Positions 57,496 to 64,000 of a stretch of DNA of 64,000 nucleotides are shown in pieces (within the stretch, counting starts at the first letter, position 1; each line of letters begins with the position of its first letter). The notes under the pieces were generated by a model, which saw nothing but the letters and a program-made list of their open reading frames with translations, was not told the origin of the DNA and made no database searches. This DNA comes from a bacterium. GTDB taxonomy: Bacteria; Zhuqueibacterota; Zhuqueibacteria; Residuimicrobiales; Krinioviventaceae. The stretch covers positions 1,370,072 to 1,434,071 of the forward strand of contig OY843751.1 of the NCBI GenBank assembly GCA_963693055.1. Reading direction: 5' to 3'. The translations under genes and the position numbers were made by a program.

Positions 57496-57653
57496 GAAAA
57501 GTTATTATTTAGATACTGCCCACCTTGAAAATATTAATTTACTTTTTCTTATTTTATTCTTTTTTGAAAAAACTTTTTAAAAATTCATGTTTTTATTTAT
57601 CATTTAACAAAAATTGTTTTTTCTGTTTATGGTTTTTTTTGTAAATATTTTTC

Positions 57654-57682
57654 TTGATTCTTAATAAATTCTGCTTTATACT
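57654..57682 (+). promoter_or_regulatory. Candidate sigma70-type promoter for the HK/sigma54-activator operon
   Basis: TTGATT-N17-TATACT about 67 nt upstream of the 57749 start, in an AT-rich 250-bp intergenic region. Confidence 0.35.
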
Positions 57683-57748
57683 ATAAGTCGATAGGGAAGT
57701 TTTGGGTATCTTTTAGTTAATCTAGAAGTAAAATTAAAGTGGGACACC

Positions 57749-58861
57749 TTGGGGCTAGATTTCAAAAATATAGACTTGGTGAATGATCACGTTAGAGACG
57801 TACAGGCACTTTTTGCTCTAAACCGGGTAACGGATTCTATACAAATTATGGATGAATTGGGAAAAAGTGTCTTCCACAATGATTCGTTTATCAATTTGTT
57901 TGGCTATACAGTTGACCAGTTGAATGAAGCGGGTGGTTTGTATGCTATTCTTAAAGATCCTCAAATTGCAAATATTATTGTAAACGAGTTGGAAGTTAAG
58001 CCCGGTTGGATGGGTAAAGTTCAAATTTATACATTAGCGGGCAACCTTGTTTCAGTTGTATTGAGGATTAACAAGGTTAAAACAGAAAATAATGAAAACC
58101 AGGGATACGTTTGTTTTTTTTCAAACAATCTGTATCAGTATAATGTATATGCTGAAAAAGGCAAATATTACAGACACTTTGAAGAAGCAGAAAAGCTCGC
58201 CAGATTGGGGTATTTCTCATCAGTTATTTCTCATGAATTAAACAATCCTTTAAACATTATTAATACAAAGATTTATTTTTTGCAAAGAGAGCTGGAATCG
58301 ATTTCTAAAGAATCTGAAGTGTGGGAACATTTAACAAAGATCAAACAGCAACTCAAACGGTTGAAAAATCTAGCAAGCAGTGTTTTGCAATATGCCAGAC
58401 ATGATGTAAAAAAAGATTATCTTGTTAATGTTAACCAGGTGATACAGCGTACTTTGGAATTCTTTGATGATCAGCTTACAGATGAAATAATTGTAATAAA
58501 TAGATTAGATAAAGAAGTATCGCTTGTTCCTGCAGATTCAACGGGGTTAGAGATTGTATTTAAAAATTTGATATCTAATGCAATTGAAGCGTTGGAAGAA
58601 TCCGGCACAATCACAATATCCACCCGAAATGTAAATGAAAAATTTATTGAAATTACAATATCTGATTCCGGTAAAGGTATATCCGAAGATTTGCAGGAAA
58701 AGGTATTTGACCCCTTTTTCACCAGTAAAAGTAAAGAAGGGGGCTATGGATTGGGTCTAAGTATTTGTGAAAATATTATACATGAGCACAATGGAATGAT
58801 TAATCTAAGAAGCAGGATTGGCAGAGGAACAACGTTTGTCTTACTATTACCCCGTTTGTAA
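57749..58861 (+). CDS. Cytoplasmic PAS-domain sensor histidine kinase
   Basis: N-terminal PAS-like region; HisKA (FSSVISHELNNPLNII); HATPase_c (NLISNAIEA...ISDSGKGIS...GGYGLGLSICENIIHEHNGMINLRSRIGRGTTF). Confidence 0.8.
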   Translation: MGLDFKNIDLVNDHVRDVQALFALNRVTDSIQIMDELGKSVFHNDSFINLFGYTVDQLNEAGGLYAILKDPQIANIIVNELEVKPGWMGKVQIYTLAGNLVSVVLRINKVKTENNENQGYVCFFSNNLYQYNVYAEKGKYYRHFEEAEKLARLGYFSSVISHELNNPLNIINTKIYFLQRELESISKESEVWEHLTKIKQQLKRLKNLASSVLQYARHDVKKDYLVNVNQVIQRTLEFFDDQLTDEIIVINRLDKEVSLVPADSTGLEIVFKNLISNAIEALEESGTITISTRNVNEKFIEITISDSGKGISEDLQEKVFDPFFTSKSKEGGYGLGLSICENIIHEHNGMINLRSRIGRGTTFVLLLPRL

Positions 58862-58876
58862 TAAGGGATTTATTAT

Positions 58877-60253
58877 ATGTTCAAAGTACTGCTGGTTGAT
58901 GACGAAATAGAAATTCTAAGAGATTACTCTCGTTTGATCATGGAAATGGGTTATCAATGCATTATTGCCAGAAATGGTGAAGAAGCGATCGAGTTGTTGA
59001 AACAAGAACATCCGGATATAATTTTGACGGATCAGAAAATGCCCAAAAAGGGTGGCATGTCTGTATTGCAGGAAGCATATGCGCTAGACAAGTCCATACC
59101 AGTGATTCTGATTACAGGGTATGGCTCTGTAAAAAATGCCGTGGATGCCATGAAGTTTGGTGCGTTTGATTATCTGCAAAAGCCATTTGATCCTGAAAAA
59201 ATGCAGGAATTGCTGAAAAAGGCGGAAAAGTTTCGTAAAGAAAAATTAAATATTCCTATCGTTGAACTGGATGGGGATTACAGCAAGCCGCTTGAAGGGG
59301 TAATAGGGAAAAGCAAAGTTATTACCGATATTACAAAACGAGTATACAAAGTAGCGCCATCCATTTCTAATGTGTTAATCTATGGAGAATCTGGTACCGG
59401 CAAAGAACTTGTTGCCCGCAACATCCACTTGAACAGTAAACGTAAAGATCAACCCTTTATACCACTGGATTGCAGTGCGCTCCCGGCAAATCTGTTAGAA
59501 AGCGAAATGTTTGGCTATGAAAAAGGCGCGTTTACAGGGGCTGATAGGGAAAAACCCGGAGTTATTGAGCTTGCGCATAAAGGTACTTTGTTTCTGGATG
59601 AAATAACAGAACTGGATGCCAGCTTGCAATCAAAGTTGTTACGTTTTATTCAGGAACGGCATTTCCGTAAAGTGGGAGGCCAGAAATTAGTCAAAGTTGA
59701 TGTTCGTATTATTTCAGCAACCAATCGAAATCCTGAAGAGGCAGTTAAAGAGAAATTGTTACGTAGTGATCTGTATTATAGATTAAATGTAGTTCCTTTC
59801 TTTATTCCTCCTTTGAGAGATCGAAGTGAAGATGTTTCCATACTCGTACAGCATTTCATTGAAAAGTTTAATCCTTCATTCGCACGCGAGATCAAGGGAG
59901 TGAGTTCAGATGCCATGTTGTGTTTAAAGCGATTCAACTGGCCGGGTAATGTTAGGGAGCTTCAGAATGTGATTGAACAAGCCATGTCTTTGGCAGATAA
60001 AAATATAATCGATTTGTCAGATTTGCCACCCCATGTGCGGGAAAACCACAACAACTATGTAGATCAGGTCCATCATGGACAAACATTCAAAGATGCAAAA
60101 GAGAAAATATTAAAACAGTTTGGTAAAAGATATTTTCAAGACCTGCTTGTTCAGTGTGATGGCAATATCTCAAAAACCGCGAAAATAGCAGGTATCAGTA
60201 GAAGTTCATTTTATCGTATACTTGATGAATTTGATATAAAACTGCCCGATTAA
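58877..60253 (+). CDS. Sigma54-dependent NtrC-family response regulator (REC + AAA+ sigma54 activator + Fis-type HTH)
   Basis: Receiver (MFKVLLVDDE...DIILTDQKMP); Walker A GESGTGKELVARNIH; the GAFTGA motif (EKGAFTGADREKPG); C-terminal HTH (ISKTAKIAGISRSSFYRIL). Confidence 0.9.
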   Translation: MFKVLLVDDEIEILRDYSRLIMEMGYQCIIARNGEEAIELLKQEHPDIILTDQKMPKKGGMSVLQEAYALDKSIPVILITGYGSVKNAVDAMKFGAFDYLQKPFDPEKMQELLKKAEKFRKEKLNIPIVELDGDYSKPLEGVIGKSKVITDITKRVYKVAPSISNVLIYGESGTGKELVARNIHLNSKRKDQPFIPLDCSALPANLLESEMFGYEKGAFTGADREKPGVIELAHKGTLFLDEITELDASLQSKLLRFIQERHFRKVGGQKLVKVDVRIISATNRNPEEAVKEKLLRSDLYYRLNVVPFFIPPLRDRSEDVSILVQHFIEKFNPSFAREIKGVSSDAMLCLKRFNWPGNVRELQNVIEQAMSLADKNIIDLSDLPPHVRENHNNYVDQVHHGQTFKDAKEKILKQFGKRYFQDLLVQCDGNISKTAKIAGISRSSFYRILDEFDIKLPD

Positions 60254-60484
60254 TTGTATTTGTACTATTCTTGACACACCCTTCCTATTACTTGTTTTTA
60301 TTAGACATCCATTCATTTAGTCCTTTGTATGCTCTGTTTTTGAATCAATTTTCGCATTTTTCGTAAATTATATCGAAATAGTGGTTTTTTAACTGTTTAA
60401 TTATCAAAGTGTTATCTTGATTGCTACAGGTAATTGTGGCCCTTTTTTTGTTTATTGTGTCATAATTCATCGTGGGAAAATATC

Positions 60485-60886
60485 ATGTGTTCACTTGCGT
60501 TAATTTCTTCAACAGATATTCAGTTGATAAACGAGATCAATTCTCTGTTATTAACCAGGAATTTTTCTGTACTGGTTGAGAAATCCAGAGTGTCTTTACT
60601 ATACTTGATTCTAAAACATGATATTAATTTTATCCTCTTGGACATTGGTTATATGGATCCTGAAGCGATCAAAGTGCTTTACATAATTAAGCAGTTGCGT
60701 CCCAAATTGCCAGTTATTGTTTTAACCCCGGACAATTCGGTAGTTCACAATCAGGTATTAAAATCAATGGATGTGTTTTATGTTGGTTTTAAGCCATTGC
60801 ATTATCAAAATTTTTCAATGATTATAGATACCTTGCTATTACTTCGTGGTAAAAGTACCGAATATTTATTAGACTCGATTGAATGA
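60485..60886 (+). CDS. Stand-alone receiver (REC)-like single-domain response regulator
   Basis: Start at ATG 60485 preferred over the track's TTG at 60434. DINFILLDIGYMDPEAIKVLYIIKQLRPKLPVIVLTPDNS...VGFKP retains the phospho-acceptor Asp, the Thr and the Lys positions, but the N-terminal acidic pocket is atypical (STD). No output domain. Confidence 0.45.
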   Translation: MCSLALISSTDIQLINEINSLLLTRNFSVLVEKSRVSLLYLILKHDINFILLDIGYMDPEAIKVLYIIKQLRPKLPVIVLTPDNSVVHNQVLKSMDVFYVGFKPLHYQNFSMIIDTLLLLRGKSTEYLLDSIE

Positions 60887-61164
60887 GCTATATAATTGAC
60901 TTGTTTTGTACGTTTTGTAGTACACTATCGTAATTGTAATAAAATTAAATTCTTAGCAGTTGTTTTGCTTTGTAATGTCTTATTTTTAGTACAATTCAGG
61001 AAGAGTTCGAGGTTTTTTGCGAATTATTAGTTTTTTCGCTTCATAATTTACAAGTATTTAGCTCAAGAAATTGAAGCGATTAAAATCAAGTATGGCATAA
61101 TCATTGGATAAGAAGTGTATATAATTTCAAATAAGATTAAAATGCTTTTTGGGGCAATGCGGGC

Positions 61165-61770
61165 ATGGGACTAGTAGGTTTTGTGATTAACATTTACAAT
61201 GGCAAGCAAAAGCTTGATAGGGTATTGATTTGTATAATCATAATGTTAATGACAAATATTAATTTTGTTTTCTCTCAAGATCAAGATTCTACATCTGTGG
61301 ATTCTGTAAAGCAAAGCAAGACCCGGGATATTTTGCAGAAATTGTTGAATCAGGCAACTCAGGAATCTATTCAGGATGTAATGGAAAAGCAAAAAGCCAT
61401 TGCGAAAAAAGATAGTGTCAAAGACAGCTCAGATGAAGGTCTTGAAATTGATGGATTATTGATCAATGAAACCAAAACTAAAATTGGCCAGGACTTTTAC
61501 GAATTCTTTTTCAATTTTTGGCAGGCACCTGAGAATGCTAAAGATTTTACATTGTTTGTGTCTGAAAGACCAACAGGAAACAGCGGAAGCTGGATCTGGG
61601 TAAATGTGAATGAAACCACAGTATTTCAAAACCGATTAACCCCCAAAGCCGACTTGATTGAGGAAACTGCACAAAGCGCTGTATCTATTGTCACAAATTA
61701 TTTGATAAATCTGGATCAAAACCAAAGACAGCTTGCTGGTGATGAAATGGCTGGGACTGGAATTTTTTAA
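61165..61770 (+). CDS. csgE: Curli assembly/transport component CsgE homolog
   Basis: EIDGLLINETKTKIGQDFYEFFFNFWQ...FTLFVSERPTGNSGSWIWVNVNETTVFQNRL aligns with E. coli CsgE (GLLTDHTVSSIGHDFYRAF...[24 protein letters not shown]). The start is uncertain among 61165, 61183 and 61243. Confidence 0.75.
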   Translation: MGLVGFVINIYNGKQKLDRVLICIIIMLMTNINFVFSQDQDSTSVDSVKQSKTRDILQKLLNQATQESIQDVMEKQKAIAKKDSVKDSSDEGLEIDGLLINETKTKIGQDFYEFFFNFWQAPENAKDFTLFVSERPTGNSGSWIWVNVNETTVFQNRLTPKADLIEETAQSAVSIVTNYLINLDQNQRQLAGDEMAGTGIF

Positions 61771-61782
61771 GGAGATGGATGA

Positions 61783-62208
61783 ATGCCTCGGGTAGTTAAA
61801 TGTTTTATACTTTTAATTTTATTTGCAAGCAGTGCATTTGCAACTGAATTGGTTTTTACGTTTGTTAATCCTGCTTTTGGCGGTTACTATTATAATGCTA
61901 CATGGTTGTTGAATTCTGCACAACTTCAAGATGATACCGGTGAATCTTCAAGTTCTTATGCCAGCAGTTATTATTCTGGATCATCCCTGGAAGATTTTGA
62001 AGAAAGTATAAACCGTCAGATTCTGAGTCGTTTATCCAGCAAGCTTGTGACGCAAATATTTGGAGAAGAAGATCTGGAACCTGGTCACTATGAGATTGGT
62101 GATTTTCAGATTGATGTAACTCCATCAGACAATGGGATACGTGTTGAAATAAATGATCCGGTTAATGGCGGCGAAACAGTTATAGAATTACCCTATTATG
62201 GTGACTGA
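61783..62208 (+). CDS. csgF: Curli assembly/transport component CsgF homolog
   Basis: Signal peptide, then ELVFTFVNPAFGGYYYNATWLLNSAQLQ matching the CsgF N-terminus ([28 protein letters not shown]); ...SINRQILSRLSSKLV matches CsgF QSQILGGLLS. Confidence 0.8.
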   Translation: MPRVVKCFILLILFASSAFATELVFTFVNPAFGGYYYNATWLLNSAQLQDDTGESSSSYASSYYSGSSLEDFEESINRQILSRLSSKLVTQIFGEEDLEPGHYEIGDFQIDVTPSDNGIRVEINDPVNGGETVIELPYYGD

Positions 62209-63640
62209 GAGTAGTGTAAATATGAAAATGAGACCTGTATTCTATACAATTTTTATAATTATTTTGATTTTTATGGGGTGTGCTCCCTATTTACAGCAAA
62301 GTAATCCTGTTCACACCACCCCGGCTACATTGGGGTATACCACTGCAATACATAGCGATTTGCTTTCATTGCCTGAACCACGTGAAAAGATTGTTGTTGC
62401 GGTATACAAGTTTAGAGACCAGACCGGACAGTACAAAGCTTCGTCAAGTGGAATGACATGGTCCACAGCTGTTACCCAGGGTGCTACATCTATGCTGCTA
62501 AAAGCTATGGAAGAATCTGGTTGGTTTATTGTTGTGGAGCGGGAAGGCATTTCAAACCTGTTGAATGAAAGAAAGATCATTCGTTCTACCCGAGAGAATT
62601 ATACGGACGACCAGGGACAGCAATTACCCCCATTACCTCCATTGCTTTATGCCGGAGTTACAATAGAGGGTGGAATAATTTCGTACGAAACCAATACATT
62701 AACCGGTGGTTTTGGCGCACGATATTTCGGCATAGGGGGTAATAACGAGTTTCGCAGTGATCAGGTAAATATTTATTTACGTTCGGTTGCAACAAAATCC
62801 GGTCGGATTTTAAATCAGGTAAATACTACAAAGACAATATTATCTCAAGCTGTAGATTTTAGTGTATATAAATTTGTAAGAGAAAGCCGTTTGTTAGAGA
62901 TTGAGAGCGGTTATTCTACCAACGAACCTCCACAAATGTGTGTGCTGGAAGCCATAGAAAAAGCCGTACTGGCTCTTGTTTGTGAAGGTATTGTATCAAA
63001 GAGCTGGGAGCTGAAAAATCCTGCGGATATTAAATCCCCGGTAATACAGCGGTATCTTGAGGAAAAGCAAAACACAACAAAATATACGTTGCAGAATAGT
63101 ATGCTCAACAGCAGATATGCAAAACCTCAATATGGTTATGACAAGGGATTAGGGCTCACCTTGAATTTGGGAAGTCATTTATACCAGGGCGATTACGCGA
63201 ATTCTGAAATTCGTCCAATGGGTGACGCTTCCATTTTGTGGGGTTTGCATCCCAATGTTTTGTTGGAATTAAATGGCAGTATAGGGCGGATTGCAAATAA
63301 AGATAATTTTTATACTGATTTGGGTTATTTGAATTTACAAAGCCGTTTTACATTTTGGTCTAATTCAAGATTTCGGCCATTCGGAATTTTGGGAGCGGGA
63401 GCAATGAATTTTAGAGCACGGGATAAAGCGGGTGTGTACATTCCACGTAAGAAACGGTTTAAAGGCTGGGAGCCTGTAATGATTTCTGGTTTAGGCGTTG
63501 AATATTTTATTAATCCCAGTTTGAGTATGAATCTAAGCTTTATAAATCAATATACCTTTACAGATTACCTGGATGGGGTTATCCATGGAAGTTATGATGA
63601 CTATTTCTGGGGATTCAAGCTGGGGTTTAGTTATTATTAG
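62198..63640 (+). CDS. csgG: Curli secretion channel CsgG homolog with ~190-aa C-terminal beta-barrel-like extension
   Basis: Lipoprotein signal (FMGCAP). KIVVAVYKFRDQTGQYK...GWFIVVEREGISNLLNERKIIRS...GGFGARYFGIGGNNEFRSDQVNIYLRSV...TILSQAVDFSVYKF...ESGYSTNEPPQMCVLEAIEKAV aligns along the full E. coli CsgG. An extra C-terminal region (residues ~290-480) has alternating hydrophobic strands and ends ...FWGFKLGFSYY. Overlaps csgF by 11 nt. Confidence 0.9.
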   Translation: MVTESSVNMKMRPVFYTIFIIILIFMGCAPYLQQSNPVHTTPATLGYTTAIHSDLLSLPEPREKIVVAVYKFRDQTGQYKASSSGMTWSTAVTQGATSMLLKAMEESGWFIVVEREGISNLLNERKIIRSTRENYTDDQGQQLPPLPPLLYAGVTIEGGIISYETNTLTGGFGARYFGIGGNNEFRSDQVNIYLRSVATKSGRILNQVNTTKTILSQAVDFSVYKFVRESRLLEIESGYSTNEPPQMCVLEAIEKAVLALVCEGIVSKSWELKNPADIKSPVIQRYLEEKQNTTKYTLQNSMLNSRYAKPQYGYDKGLGLTLNLGSHLYQGDYANSEIRPMGDASILWGLHPNVLLELNGSIGRIANKDNFYTDLGYLNLQSRFTFWSNSRFRPFGILGAGAMNFRARDKAGVYIPRKKRFKGWEPVMISGLGVEYFINPSLSMNLSFINQYTFTDYLDGVIHGSYDDYFWGFKLGFSYY

Positions 63641-63882
63641 GATCAGTTGAATACTGAAAGCTATCTGATTGGGATCTGGTAAGGGCAGATAGAATAAGTG
63701 AACATCACGCAGATGTAAAGAACAAACGTATTTTGACAATTTAATTGCATCAACAGGCAATCATTAAATTATTACTCTCAAAGGATTCACTGTTGATACC
63801 TGTGGAAATGAACTGTTCATTTCCCAATGTAAACAATTGCTACATGAAAAAATGCAATGCAAAGCGTAGTTGAGGAGTGAGG

Positions 63883-64000
63883 ATGAGAATTTTCATGTCT
63901 GTTCTACTGGCACTGTTGTTATTTTCAAGTGTTGGTATTGGTGCAGAAAACAGTGTGACTGCTAATGTAAACGGTAATTTCAATCAATCAACAGTTACGC
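63883..64000 (+). CDS. Curlin-like (CsgA/CsgB-type) secreted amyloid subunit candidate, N-terminal fragment (runs off window)
   Basis: GAGGAGTGAGG RBS, MRIFMSVLLALLLFSSVGIGA signal peptide, then ENSVTANVNGNFNQSTVT resembling the N/Q/G-rich S-x5-Q-x-G-x-x-N repeat start of curlins. Only ~39 codons are visible. Confidence 0.35.
   Translation, partial: MRIFMSVLLALLLFSSVGIGAENSVTANVNGNFNQSTVT

Noticed and set aside
61141-61164. Possible sigma54 -24/-12 promoter (TGGGGC-N-GGGCAT, GG-N10-GC spacing) upstream of csgE, and TTGCTA -12-like box upstream of the REC gene
   Set aside because: Only the GG/GC dinucleotides match. The -24 hexamer (TGGGGC vs TGGCAC) and the -12 element (GGGCA vs TTGCA) are weak, and the site overlaps the likeliest csgE start codon. 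It is kept only as something to test with a position-weight matrix.
1-64000. Search for rRNA, tRNA and CRISPR arrays
   Set aside because: No tRNA-like T-arm/acceptor signatures were seen and no rRNA-like segments. The only repeat families present (MITE-like element, terminator hairpins, paralog gene blocks) lack the regular repeat-spacer periodicity of CRISPR.

Overview
This 64-kb window looks like it comes from a T9SS-bearing bacterium of the FCB group (Bacteroidota, Ignavibacteriota, Calditrichota or Fibrobacterota-like). The evidence is many Por/T9SS-type C-terminal sorting domains, a tandem array of Fibrobacter-succinogenes-major-paralogous-domain (FISUMP) proteins, CIRCE-controlled groESL, and promoters close to the sigma70 consensus.

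The 5' half (about 2.5-34 kb) is an accessory island, almost all on the minus strand, of secreted adhesin-like proteins with no catalytic domains:
- seven mosaic proteins built as [PMP-like beta-helix, GLUG or FN3 passenger] + conserved FN3-like module + T9SS CTD, one of them a pseudogene;
- two FG-GAP/beta-propeller paralogs ending in a dockerin-like double calcium-binding repeat;
- five tandem FISUMP paralogs, one decayed;
- three tandem phage-tail-collar (MdpB-like) proteins;
- a 7TMR-DISM hybrid sensor kinase/response regulator with an AraC output domain;
- an S9 peptidase.

The 3' half carries housekeeping genes (groES/groEL with CIRCE, KH-domain protein, rlmH, aminotransferase, ACT protein, paaK), a small glycan-degradation cluster (GH43, GH28, two alpha/beta hydrolases, DUF5107-like/TPR, DUF4139-like), and a curli-type functional-amyloid secretion locus (csgE-csgF-csgG followed by a truncated curlin-like gene). 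Directly upstream of the csg genes sit a PAS histidine kinase, a sigma54-dependent NtrC-type activator, and a stand-alone receiver protein in the position csgD occupies in Proteobacteria.

Other notable sequence features are near-identical DNA blocks shared between paralog 3' ends (consistent with gene conversion), a duplicated palindromic operator-like motif upstream of FISUMP genes, a roughly 140-bp MITE-like structured repeat in three copies around two outer-membrane-protein genes, and a family of terminators sharing a TTTCCGAAAG loop. No rRNA, tRNA or CRISPR array was seen.
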